DNA from: Azolla caroliniana | Lineage: Eukaryota > Plantae > Polypodiophyta | Direction: 5' to 3' | Assembly (NCBI GenBank): GCA_043228905.1 | Contig: JBHGNT010000013.1 | Coordinates: 7,688,001-7,752,000, forward strand | DNA: 64,000 bases | In this document: positions 51,585 through 64,000 of the stretch, piece after piece | Position numbering within the stretch: the first letter of the stretch is position 1 | How the letters are laid out: each line of letters starts with the position of its first letter | Made by a program: the position numbers and the translations under genes | The notes under the pieces: generated by a model | What the model was told of the DNA's origin: nothing | The model's database searches: none | The model's input: only the letters and a program-made list of their open reading frames with translations

Positions 51585-52426
51585 TGTATGCATAAGCCAA
51601 TGTTTTCTCTTACGTAATCTATAGGGTGTCATCTCATTTCGTAAAAGCGATCTAACCACCACGTACCACAGTCTTTTGGTCCGATACCGGTTAGGAATTG
51701 AAGGTGTCGCCTACGGAGAGGAAGGCAACACAATTTGGTGCACCCGGTGGGACCGCGAGAAAAAACTTTGGTTGTTCGTTCTGTTTGGCTGGTTTCGAGG
51801 GTGGTGTTGGGCGGGGAGAGGGTATTGCCTATGCTATCTTATCACGACCGCGTATAGTGATGTTGTCCCCGTCTTTGGTGTTTTGCTTGTCTTTGGTTGT
51901 GGAGAGGGCCTGGTTGTCGTCATCTTGCCACTCTTCATGTCACAATTGCAACATTTGTTGTCGTTTAGCCCTAGGGGGTGGATCGGGAGTGCTAATGTTT
52001 GTCGTGGCGGTTGTGCTTGGGAAGGGTACAACACGACAATGTATTGTGCTAGTACAGGTAAAAATCGTTTCCCTGATTGGAAAGAAGTGAGATGGTTGCT
52101 TGGACACCTTCACTAGTGATGATCCCCCAATTGATTGCTCCCCCGCGGTAGGCCTTAATAATCAATCTTGCTTTTTTCTTTGGCATGCCGTAGGGGTTTG
52201 CGTGAATGCAGGCGTACTCAAGGAGGAAATGGGCTAGGTTCCCAAAGAACTCATTGGGACCTCCATGCGTGCGATGAGCTTTTCTTGAGAGTGAATATTC
52301 TTCGAAATGTTGTTCCAAGATGTGTTGAGGCGGTGCGTCGCTATCGTGCTCACCTCATCTTTGCAGATGAAGCGTTGCTGGGATCATGTTGTTGGAGATG
52401 GTGTCAGGGTGGATCCTTCTGGCGAT

Positions 52427-52809
52427 TGTTACCCCGTACGAGATGTACGGAGAGTCAAGTGTGATGAGCGAGGGTCGAATGTTATCATGATGTTGTTGTG
52501 TATGTGTAGGGGGCATAAATGTAATTGTGAGTCTATACATATGTGAACACATGCACACGTGTGTGCATGTGGATGGATACGAGGAGGTGTGAGTGAGTGT
52601 CCAGTATGAATGCTCGATGGGGCTTACACCCCTATGTATCTACCCCCTCTTGTACTATTTAACCCCTTATGGGGAATGAATGAATACAACAATAACCATA
52701 TTTCTCTCTCTCTCTCTCTCTCTCTTTGACATCTTTCTCTCCCCCTTAACGTTGAACCCCCTTGGGAGGGGGGTGGAGCCATTCTAGGCACCATCCCCCA
52801 CCCCTCAAT
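52427..52809 (-). repeat. LTR related to the element 3 LTRs, inverted
   Basis: Minus GGGTGGGGG..CCTAGAATGGCT..CCCCCTCCCAAGGGGGTT start and TACGGGGTAACA end match 23775-24119. Confidence 0.8.
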
Positions 52810-53099
52810 GCTTGTCTTGTTCTTCATGTTCTCTCTCACTGTCATACCATTCACCATCTCCACCATTCCACAATGCTTATCTCCATCATCACAACGATGG
52901 GCAATGCTTCTTGATGCACATCATGATCTCTCACCATCATCATCACACATACATTATCAATCTACCATGATTGTTAACCCTATTCCTATCTTTATCATTA
53001 TCATCATTAACCCTAACCCTAAAACCTATAACAACGATGGCCTGAGCTTCTGGGTGGGGAGGTGCATCCAAGACATTGAGATATCCTAAGAGGCCGCCG

Positions 53100-53425
53100 T
53101 GACTGAACATCTAGTTGCGGAGTTCTTTAGAGACTTCGAGCAGCATAGTAAGGGTTGTGTTGGCAAATCAGTCCCTCCGGATGGGATCCGGCTATGAATA
53201 AAGAGCGCTCGGTGAGAACCGGAAGAGATCGGGAAACCAGATCGGATGGACCTGGTCAGAACCGGAAGAGAAGACATATTTATAAATGTGTTGAGTAAGC
53301 CTATTGAGGCTATGTTTGTAAATAGCCCTAAGTTCATATAGGTATATATATGACTTAGAGCAATCACTTTAGTGTGTTGACTGTAATGTGGTTGTCATAT
53401 TGTTGTATGTGTATAACTGTTGTAC

Positions 53426-53473
<48 letters not shown>

Positions 53474-53630
53474 CGATACTCTATTGTAACCGCCACCTGG
53501 CGAAGATACAGAGCTCGAGGTCGTTGCCTCCGAGCCTCTGATTGTACTGTTCTCATATAGTGATAGTTGGAGTCTGTGGGCTCTCGTGGTCTTTTTCCCT
53601 ATTGGGGTTTTCCACGTAAACATCCTGTGT
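53100..53630 (+). repeat. Probable LTR fragment interrupted by the LINE
   Basis: TATA-like tract, (GA)n, and GGGGTTTTCCACGTAAA typical of plant LTR U5; possible end GTAACA at 58948; boundaries not resolved. Confidence 0.4.
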
Positions 53631-53759
53631 ACTTTGCCCCCCCGTTCCTCGGTGCCATGGACTCCCCTTCCTTTGGAACCTTTTTCTCCCTCTCCCTCTC
53701 CCTCCCTCTCCCTCCCTCCCTCCCTCTCCCTCCCTCCCTCCCTCCCTCCCTCCCTCCCT

Positions 53760-53796
<37 letters not shown>

Positions 53797-54199
53797 TCGT
53801 CTCTCTATAACGGCTCTTTCTGCCGTTGCTGTCGCCGTTTTTTGTCGTCGTCGTCGCCGTCGCCGTTGTCTGCTGCTGACTGTTGCTGTCGTCGTCTGAT
53901 GAGTACCGCTATTTGCTGTCGTCGCCGTCTTCTGCCTTCTGCAGCCGTCGCCGTTTGCTACCGTTTGTTGCCGTCGTTTGATGACTGCCGCCGTCACCGT
54001 CGCCGTCGCGGGGTGTTTCTTCTCCGTTTTCTCTTGATGTTGTGAAGTGCCATTTTCTTGACGAGTTCGTGGGTGGGTTCTTTTGGTGTGCTCGTCGCGT
54101 GCTACAAAATGCCAATGTGATTGCGACATACACACAAACTCGGCTAAGTCTCGAACCCATTTATTTTACCTTTTTCTCTTATTGACACCACAATGACGT

Positions 54200-55003
54200 C
54201 TAAATGAACTAAGGAAAATAAGGATATACAAGACGAGGCTATAAGTAAGGAGGACTTTTTAGATATGTTTAATCGTTTAACAAAAATAGAGATGGATATG
54301 AAAAAATGGGTGAAAGACACCGAAACCCACAAGAAAAAAGATAGAGAGGAAAAAGACGCCCTTAAGGCCGAAATAGAACAACTTAAAGTGGAAAACACTG
54401 ACCTTAAAAAACAACTTAAGGACATCGAGGTATCTCGAGAAGATGGTGAAATATCCTCTATAGAGGATATAAAGGACGAAATTAAAAAATTTAAAGAGGA
54501 AGTTAATAATAACATAGAGTTAGCTAAAACGGGTCGGGTAGACGTGGTTAAAAGAAACATTAAAATAGAAATAAAAGATGAAAAAATATTGTTAATACCA
54601 CCCTTGAAGAAGAGAAAATGCGTCAGGCCCGACGCTTAAATGTACGTGTCACTGGGCTCAAGGAAGGTGCATCCCCAAATGAGGATGCACAAACACTTGG
54701 GAAAATGTTTGGGTACACAGAGGCCCTACCTATCACCAAAGCATGAAGGGCCGGGCGTGACACAACTAGGAAGAGAGCCTTAGTCCTTCAATTTAAAGAC
54801 TTAGCCTCTAGAATCACTTTATTTAAGAAGAGACCAATCCTTCGAGGAGTGGGTGGGGACCCCATCTATCTCGATGAAGACCTCACTAAGATGCAAATTG
54901 AGCATCGCAAGAGTTGTATGCCACGAGTTATGCAAGCTCGTAAAGAAGGTCATCGCGCCTTTTACCGAGACGGGCGAGTGATCATAAATGATCACACTAC
55001 TAA
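54200..55003 (+). pseudogene. LINE ORF1 (coiled coil plus RRM/CTD-like region), frameshifted
   Basis: Coiled coil 54265-54639, then VRVTGLKE...RALVLQF...IYLDEDLT in another frame. Confidence 0.75.
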
Positions 55004-55013
55004 TTGACGGCGT

Positions 55014-58000
55014 GTGGCCCATGTGACAGAAAATGCACTTAGGATGACCTTATGGAATTGTAACGACGCACTCTGGGCACACCCCGGCCGCCTAGAGGAG
55101 ATACTAAAGGTATCTGATATACTTTTCTTGGTAGAAACACATCAGAGCCCAAATAGAGGACTCCTACGGGTCGAAGGATTCCGTTGGGAGTTCGCTTTTA
55201 GACAAATCTCACGTCGACACACTACTAGGGGATCTGGAGGTGCCTCGATACTGTTTCGTAGAGAGCTACATAATAGGATATAAATAATGAAGATAGACCC
55301 AGAAGCTCGTTTTATATGGGTGAAAGTCTCCACAAGCAAAGACCAGGCAATATTTTTCGCCATTTGTTACTTTCCCCCAAAAGGATCCCATTATAATATT
55401 GGTGGCTTGGCGAGATTAGTCGATGAAGGAATGCCACATGGGCCTTCTCCATACGAACCCCTATCGGATGACATAATCCGATATTCTTCCCAAGGAGAAG
55501 TATTTCTTGTAGGAGACTTCAATGCGAGAACCCAATCCCGACAATACACAGTATTTCAGATGAATAGAAACCTAGAAATGGTAAATGTCGATCCTTTAGA
55601 CATAGGCACCACACGTAGATCAAAGGATCAAGGTGCGGACGCCATGAGCTTTGGCCATCATCTGCTCGAACTTGGCAGTCAACACCGGATGGTCATATAT
55701 AATGGTTTAGCTAAGTGGACGGGCTTGGAAGAGCTCACATGTTTCCCACATGGAGGAGGGGAAAGCATAGTTGATTATCTAATAGGACTCCTTGAAGCTA
55801 CCCACATGATTAACTCCTTCTGAGTGGCCCCATGCCCTATTGTCGTAGACCATAGTTTCTTGTACTTCAAGCTAAAATGTGATATCTCTAAGGTCACCAA
55901 GTCTAGTCAACCATGCCATCACACCACAATACATTTCACACATGAGCTCTCTGACATATACTCTCAACATGTTCAAGCCCATCTCCCCTCCCTTGATCCC
56001 TCCCTACCGTTAGAAAGCCTTAGTACGAAACTCACACACATCCTTCACTCCGCAGCAGCTAGCAGTTTCCCATATACAAAACACTCAAATCAAGGTAGAT
56101 TAGGATCAATGCCACAAAATAAATGGTATGATGAGGATTGTAGGGACTTACATAGACAACTTACAGTATCACAACTCAATGGTAGTATTACCTCCATACA
56201 AGCTCGCAAAGAAATGCGCAAGATGACACGTCGTAAGAGACGAGCGTGGGAGGCATCCCAATATTGGGAATTCTACCATATGCTCATGAGTAGCGATTGC
56301 GCCATGGCATGGAAGAGACTACGGGAGCCAAGACCACAAACACCCATCGAAGATCCCGAAACTTGGCACACATATACAGAGAGACTTTACCAAATCCCAA
56401 ACCAACCACCCATTCCAATGCCTTCCACACCCCGGCCTATCACGGGGACACTTTTCACGACCTCTAGGGTCGTGAAGGTCATAAAGAAATTACCTCTAGG
56501 GTCGTGAGAGTGCCTAGCTCCCTTACTAACTCTAATCTTCAATTGTGCCCTTGCGGAGGGTTTTCCACCACAGTGGACTATGAATACAGTGGCCCCCACA
56601 CATAAAGGGGGGGGAGGGCCATGGACCCAAATACATATAGGACCATTATGATAGGCCATACCCTTGCTAAGTTATATGGTGTAGTAATGGAATCAGAGCT
56701 TAGCGACTATATGGAGACCCTAAACCTTCGTGCACCTGAACAAGCTGGCTTTAGACAAGCCTTCTCCACTATTGATCATATCTTCACACTTAGATGCATA
56801 ATTGACCAAACTAAGGCTCGCAAGAAGAAATTATATTGTTGTTTTGTGGACTTCCGCAAAGCCTTTGACACAGTCCCTAGAGAGCGGTTGTTTGATAGAC
56901 TTAAAAGCTTGAGGATACCAGATGATATGGTATGGGCCATCTACGCACTATATGAACAAGTGTCCGGGTGTGTCCGATGCCCCGGTGGCATATCTAATCA
57001 TTTCACTAGCACTATTGGTGTAAAACAAGGTTGCCCCCTATCACCGACGCTTTTTGGAATCTACATTGATGAGATCACAGATTTTATTGCTCGTGAGGGA
57101 GGCACCGGAGAGGTCCTTGGGGATACGCAGGTTCGTATCTTGCTATATGCGGATAAAATAGTTTTGCTCTCTGAATCCGAACACGACCTATAGAGGCACC
57201 TGAATGCCTTAGATGACTTTTGTGTACAACGAGGATTGGTAATGAATCTAGGGAAAACGAAAGTCCTTATCTTCCACACATCGGCCCAAGTTAGAGCTAA
57301 GTGTCACCTAACTATCTCCCATAGCCCAGTTGAGGTGGTTGGATCATACGTCTATCTCGGAGTCACTTTTAGTGCCCGCTCAAGTAAATTTTCGATGACA
57401 CAGGCAGCGAAGGATAGACTCACGAGAGGACATGCATCCCTCTCACTCCTAGAGAGACAATGCCACCAAGCACACTTTCAAGAGCCACGGACTAAAGGGT
57501 GGCTCTTTGACTCATTAGTGACCCCCTCCCTCATGTATGCATCAGCGGTTTGGGCTCCAGGATTACCATCTTTCATGTGGACTCAATTAGAAAGACCATT
57601 GGTGATGATGCTATCATGCCAACTGCGAAGCAAATCGACTGTACCACATGACATTATTAGGGCTGAGTTCACGTTACCCCCAATGTTAGTAGATGCACTT
57701 TTTCAACTTGTAGTCTTCATTCACAGGATACATAGCCAACCACATGATAGAATATCTCATCAAGCCTTTAAGGCCTCTCGATCATTGTATGAGTCCGGCT
57801 ATACTAGCTCATGGTATGGCATGATGGTGAGTTGGCTTCTTGCGAATGGTCTAGACATTAATAACCTACCTCCCCTTAGGTACAACCACACGAGTGATAA
57901 CACTTTAATCTCTCATGAGGACCGCAATAAAGTAATACACCAAGAAATATGGCAAATTTACACTCGGTGTAAATGGATCACCCCATTAGAGCCACTCCCA

Positions 58001-58713
58001 TCTAAAATGTTGTACTATAAGAAACACTTCATGCACTTCTCTGAGTTAGGTTTTATCACGCATCCAAAATATCTAGATGTATTCTTACCACATGCACTAA
58101 GGGTTGCCATTGGACAACTTAGAATATCATCTCACCAACTTGAGATTGAGAATGGCCGTACTAGTGGAGTCCCTAGGGAGGAAAGGATATGTAGGTTATG
58201 TCACATAGAGATAGAGGATGAGTACCACTTTACATGCAAGTGTCCAACCTATGCCGAGATAAGGGCAAAATACCAAGACATACTTGGTTCGTCTCCCACC
58301 CTCCCCAAACTATTAGATACTCTAGATATAAAGAAATTAGGCAAATACATTCTAGAGCTAAAACAACACAGAGAGAATAAGTTACAAAATGTTGACAATA
58401 ATGTTGCTAATAATCACGAACATGTAACAAATGAAGTTTTTCAGGAATAGGGAGAGACAACGAATGTCGGCACACTTGCACCACTCGGCCTTTCTATTGA
58501 TGAGGCAGAAAACCAGAGAAGAACCAGACGTCCTCGGGTGCCGGGTTTCAAAACAACTCGACGTGATGTGGAAGCAATATTGAAAATGAGGGAATGTGAG
58601 CTACACCGCCTAGAAGCCATGGCTAGGGCACTCTCTACATTGGAACCACGGGTCACACCCACATCAAGACCCTTTGACCCCCCACTTCTTTTCGAGAGGT
58701 TTGGGTGGAAATA
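55014..58713 (+). pseudogene. LINE ORF2 (AP endonuclease, RT, C-terminal zinc finger) with stops
   Basis: LWNC, LVETH, VGDFNAR, VDY; QAGFR, FVDFRKAFD, GVKQGCPLSP, LYADK; LRISSHQLEIENGR..ICRLC..EDEYHFTCKC. Confidence 0.92.
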
Positions 58714-58894
58714 AAATTAGGCTTAGTGTATAGTCACTTTCGAGTATATTACGTATTATACACTACTAGAACTCTTTTAGTTTAAGTTCTATTTTTTACC
58801 TAATTTTATTTTAGTCATGAGGATTGGATAAATACTCTTTTGTTGTAAACCAATTGTCTCATGGGCCAAATTTGGCCTTATGAAGACGTTAATA

Positions 58895-58928
<34 letters not shown>

Positions 58929-61900
58929 GTCCCTTGGTCGCCGTAACAAACAATGTTGTTGGAATTTAATTGGGGTCTTTTCCATTGTTTTCTTAGGCTT
59001 TCGTGTCTTCAATTGTTGGTGATTCTTAGTCCTTCCTCACCAAGGATTATTTCCAATTACTGTGTTTGATATACGAGCATTCATATCTATTCCCATTACT
59101 GTGTTTGATCCTTAAACGAAGTGGTCAAAGAATCGGTTGTGGCTGAGCAGTATTTCGCGTTGTTTTTCAACAGGCTAGAGAGTCAGGTAGATAGGGAGAA
59201 GGCCTTGGAGATGGAGAACGAGAGAAAGCTTGGTTAGAGAGAGTAGGCGAGTGAGAGCAGTTTTGCGCAGAAGGAGCGAAAGCTTGAGAGTTCTTGGAAG
59301 GAAGTGTGGTGACTCTGGCTATTGGTGATGTTTTTGTGTGGATGCCTCGGTTCTCGAGACGTGCCCTTGTGCCCTAGATTTAGAATCTTGCCTGCCATGC
59401 TGAGAGTTAAGGGCCACACGTCGTGTGAACTATTTGTACTTGCTTTTTTTGGACATTGTACCTCGACTTAAAATAATGAGTGGGTCTCTATTTTTTTTTA
59501 ATAATAATATTGTACATGTAGACGGTAGGTAGGGTTGTTACCGTAATCGAGGCGTGATACCCTCGTAATCTTCTATTGCACCTACCATCGTTTGGTCAAA
59601 ATCGTTCCATTGGTAAATGGGTTAGGTGGTGTCGTTCCACGGTACGGTTTCAACCAAAACCCGTTGACCCAATGTGGCAGCGCTTCGCCGGCTAGTGTGC
59701 TGAGTTGAAAGGTGTCGTTGTATGTGTCGATGATCCACAAAGGCCATATCCACCGGAATCGAAGCTTGCCGGGCATAGCCCCGAGTTTTGTTTGGAAAAC
59801 TAGGACCAACTGCCCGATTTCAAAAGTTTTGTTCGGTATTCGACAATGTTTGTCTATGAAGGCTTTCCTTCGTCTCTAGCCGTGCTCCAATTGAGCTAGA
59901 CTAGTAATTCATTGTTCTTCGGGTTCGAGCAATTGGACCAGACGCTGGTGTTTGGATTCTGATTCCGGTAATCGTTCGGCTATTTGTACTCGTAAGCTGG
60001 GTACTTGGAATTCAATGGGCATTACGGCTTCTATTTCGAAAGCTAGCCGAAAAGGCATTGAGCCGATATTGGTTTTAAAGGTCGTGCGATAAACCCATAA
60101 AGCACTGTTTAATTTATCGTCCCAATCCATGAGATTCTCATTGACGATTTTCTTAAGAATGGTCTGAAGGGTTTTATTTGTGGATTCGGCAAAACCATTA
60201 GCTTGGGGATAGTACGGGGTGCTTTTCTTGTGTACGACGGCGTAGTGGGAGGATAATTCGCATATGATTCGATTGACGAAGTGTCCTCCTTGATCACTTA
60301 CTAGCTCGATTGGACAACCGAAACGGCACCATAAATTTTCGTAAATGAATTTTGCGGTTGATGCAGTCGTGTTATCTCGAAGCGCCTTTGCTTCGACCCA
60401 TTTCGTACAGTAATTAGTTGCTATTAGTATATATTTGTTTCCGGTGTGTGTGGCGGGGGGTTTAAAAGGGCCTACAAAATCCAAGCCCCATTTTTGGAAT
60501 GGTTCCAAGGGAGGGATCGGCTGGTGAGGCATGCGGTCGCGCTGATTCGGTTGTCCCATCTGTTGACAGAGATCACATTGTTTACAAAAATCGTGAGCAT
60601 CCTTTTTCGTGGTCGGCCACCAGAGCCCACTCTGCTAGAATTTTCTGGCTGTGGCGTCACCTGCATAATGCCTGCCCGCAATTCCGTGGTGAGATTCCCG
60701 AAGTACCGCGTCTTTCTCGAATTGTCGAACTGCACGCCTCCAGATGCCATCTGAGGCTTTGTGATACAACGTATTCGTGAATAGATAGAAATTACGGCTT
60801 TAGACTGCTACCTGTTTCCGAGCATCAAGTGTGAGGTAGTTCGGGGAAAGTCCCGTACTTAGGAATTGTGTCATTTCGGTGATTCAAGCGTCGTTAGGAT
60901 CAGACTTGATGGGTGCTGTCTCGATAGAGAATAGGGCGGTGTCTGTTAAGTCACCGTATTCCTAGTTCGGCGGTTCTCCCGTTTCGAAGCGGCTAAGGTA
61001 GTCGGCAATCGCGTCTTGAACTCCTAGTCAGTGTTGAATCTCGAAATCGAACTCCTGAAGGAGAAACATCCATCGGGCTAACCGACCAGTCAGAGCTTGC
61101 TTATTTACATGGTAAAGTAGTGCCGAATGATCTACGTGGAACGTGAATTTTCGGCCGAGCAAATAATGCCGAAATTTTGTAACACTATATATTATGTCGA
61201 GTGCTTCTCGTTCCATGGTGGATTAATTCCTTTTTGTTGTCGAGAGTCGGCTGCTGGCGTAGTAGACTGGGCGATACCAATTTGGTGGGGTTTTCTGAAT
61301 TAAAGCACTACCGATCGCAATATCGGATACGTCCACGAATACGTGAAAGGGCTTTGTCCAATCCGGGGGTTGGACTACTAGGGCTTGGGACAACATGACT
61401 TTCAATGATTGGTATGCCATGTCCTCTCATTCTATCCATATAGATTGCTGCGTGTAAAAGGGTCGTGGAATCAACAAGGTATCGGAGCATACGACTATGC
61501 CACTGTATTTGGCCCAGAAATCGGCTGAGTGCTTTGGCCGTAGTGGGGGCCGGGGCATTCAAGATGGCTTGCACTTTGTCTGGGTCCATAGCGATACCCT
61601 CTTTACTAACAATGTGACCTAGTAAAGGTCCGCTTGTCACTTGGAAAGCACATTTGGCCGGATTGAGGCTGAGCCGTGTGTGTCAACATCTCTTGAGGCA
61701 TAATCGTAATTGCACAAGGTGTTCCGTGTGTTGTCGATAAACAACGAAATCATCAAGGAAAAACTTGCATAAAGGCTGGAATGAAGTCTTGAAAGATTTC
61801 GGAGATTATGCGTTGAAATGTGGCGGGGGTTGTTTTCAAGCCGAACATCATAAATGGCTACAAATAAACCCCATTTTGTTACGAAGGTTGTTTTCTCTTG

Positions 61901-64000
61901 ATCATCCGGGTGCATTCGAATTTGATTATAGCCATTGAAACCGTCGAGAAAGCTATAACAATTGTGGCCGGCCACCGTATTGAGGATGTTGTCGGTGAAT
62001 GGGATTGGAAAGGCATTTGTGATCGTGACGACATTAAGTTTCCGGTAATCCACAAAAACCCGGATTTGTCCATTCTTTTTTGGGACGACCACAATAGGAC
62101 TTAGCCATGTGACCCTTTTTACCAGCCGGATGAATCCTACACATAGTAATTTGTCTATTTCTTCTTTTACTTTCGCTGCATAGTTGGGATTCATACGGTA
62201 TCGTCGTTGTTGAATTGGTCGTGCGTCCGTTTGAACGTGTATCTAGTGGTAGTACTGAGGATCTAGGCCTTTCATGTCGTTGTAGAACCACGTGAACACG
62301 TCCTGACACTTCGTAAGCAGTCCTATTAAGGCCAATCTATCGCTAGTTGCTAGGTCTTTGGCAATTTTTACAATACGTGGCTCGGAAGGTGAGCCGAGGT
62401 TGACGTCTTCTAAGGTGGAGGGTTTTACACACTACGATATTGCTAATTCGTGGTCAAGTGCATCACGGGCTTGTCGAAGTTCTTTTATTGGTGTCGGGTC
62501 AGGTTCGTGGGAAACTTCGTGATCGATGGCATTGGTTACGTAGGGTTCGACGATCGAAAGGACGTCGATTTCAAAAAGCGGAACCATCGTAGGGTGGTTA
62601 TCTAGGAATGAATTCATCTCGTCGTCTGTGAGACCATCTAACATATGGACTCCTTCAGCGTATAATGGACTATTGTCAGGAGTCGGGGTTTGTGCTTCTG
62701 TAAAAATGCGGACTTTAGTTTTCTTGTGCCGAAATGAGATCATGTTACGCTGCCAGTGTTGCTTGATGTTGGCAGTACGCAGCCATGGACGTCCAAGCAA
62801 GAGGGGGTAAGCATCAGGGACCTTTAAGCATAGGATTATGGCTGACACGATAAAAGCGTGTCCTCCCAAGGTAAATTCCAAGTTTCAGATGAGGCCTATC
62901 GGGCGTATCGACCGTGTATCCGCCATTCGTAACCAGAATGGACACGACTCCGATTGAGTGATGCCGATCTTGTGGCATGTCGCTTCGCTAATGACATTGA
63001 CGCTTGACCCACCATCGATAATGCATCCGGGAACTTCGTGACCTTGTGAGATGAGTTGTATGGCTGGATTTTGTGTCCATCAGATGAGGTTCTGGTGTCC
63101 GGGCCTTGAGGTTTACGGATGGATGCAATGGATCCCGATTTGTGAGGGAATGGATTGTCTCCTTGAGGCGAGGTAACAGGTGGAGCAATTTATGTAGCGG
63201 CATTGAGATTTGGGAATCCGCGAACGCCTGCCACCCGGGATCGGCATCAGTGTGATCGGTAGAGCTAGGTCAATCTGAGTGTGTAGTCTGTAGTTGGTCG
63301 CGTTTCCGTTCATTGGATTCCACTATGTCGGCTTTCATACTGTCTATGTTGGCATTTTTGGTTGCATCTACCCAGTCCTTAGCCTGTTGCCGATGGGGCA
63401 GTGTGGTCGTGAAGGATAGTCAAGGGCGGAGTGCCCAGATCTGGCGCATGCCATGCATTGTAGCGCTTGCTGGAACTGTGTTTCCTCAATCATTGGTAAG
63501 GCAGTTTGAAGCGTGCCTGTGAATGAACTACTATGATGTACCCATTGCAAATGAATTGCTGCAACCACTTGCTCGATGGTTTGTTGTGAAAAATCCGTGA
63601 GAGCCAACGTCGTGTGTAAAGGGTCATAGAGGCCAGCCAGGAACGTATCCTTTAGATGGTTTGCTGAGACATCCTGTGCTAGTTGGCGATAGAGATCTTG
63701 AAATCGGAGAACAAACTAGGATACGACTTCGTTGGGTGCCTGTGTGAACATGTTTGCGTTCAGAAGCGGAAGGATTGCACATTCCACTTTTAGATTCCCT
63801 TTATAGTTACACAATTTTAGCTTGTTGTGAAATATGACGTGCACCAGTATCACATGATAAACCACAGGGGGTGAATTTATTGATTTATTAATCGGATACA
63901 TCTCTATACCGAGAGAACATGCTAGTTATTGGAGAAAATATAAATGTACTAGATTTATTCTTGCAATGTTTACACATTTAGGGTTGGTTTTTACCGCACA

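Larger units (their letters stand above)
53631..58928 (+). mobile_element. Near full-length LINE, RTE-X-like, with (TCTT)n tail
   Basis: CT- and GTC-rich 5' UTR, ORF1, APE-RT-CCHC ORF2, 3' microsatellite tail 58897-58928; 5' boundary approximate. Confidence 0.88.
51585..63790 (-). mobile_element. Ty3/Gypsy element 4, relative of element 3; accessory ORF interrupted by about 6.7 kb of later insertions
   Basis: gag/protease 62432-63790, RT 61637-62300, RNase H 61028-61420, integrase 59582-60750 closely similar to 27052-29986; accessory ORF starts ~59200 and resumes at 52426-52049; inverted PBS 51736-51753 then TG-starting LTR-like 51585-51730. Joining the parts is inferred. Confidence 0.75.

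Noticed and set aside
53567-54160. Overlapping ORFs with RE/SL/PS runs
   Set aside because: Translations of (CT)n, (CCCT)n and (GTC)n microsatellites in the LINE 5' region

Overview
Eukaryotic plant DNA, probably a non-seed plant such as a fern (inferred from the TE lineages). About 85% is nested, mostly decayed retrotransposons around one intact host gene, a WD40 protein of the LWD1/AN11/DCAF7 family (13486-14511, minus). A plus-strand Copia (18475-49468) is split by two chromoviruses (20249-42335 and 43114-48727, both with TSDs). The first chromovirus holds a second Gypsy (21514-38050), which holds a third (23775-33368, TSD GAGTC). Further Copia and Gypsy pieces, an RTE-X-like LINE and a palindromic satellite fill the rest. 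Main finding: the Gypsy at 23775-33368 has no polypurine tract. It has a tRNA primer-binding site (PBS) inside the left LTR and an inverted copy of the same PBS module inside the right LTR. A divergent relative at 51736-51753 repeats this arrangement, suggesting tRNA-dependent priming of both strands. This family also carries a conserved accessory ORF of about 900 codons, and the 23775-33368 copy holds captured host gene fragments. The two chromoviruses look self-priming (Tf1 type), yet both carry tRNA-like Pol III A/B boxes at the same LTR position. Coordinates were counted by eye and family assignments come from motif recall, not database searches.
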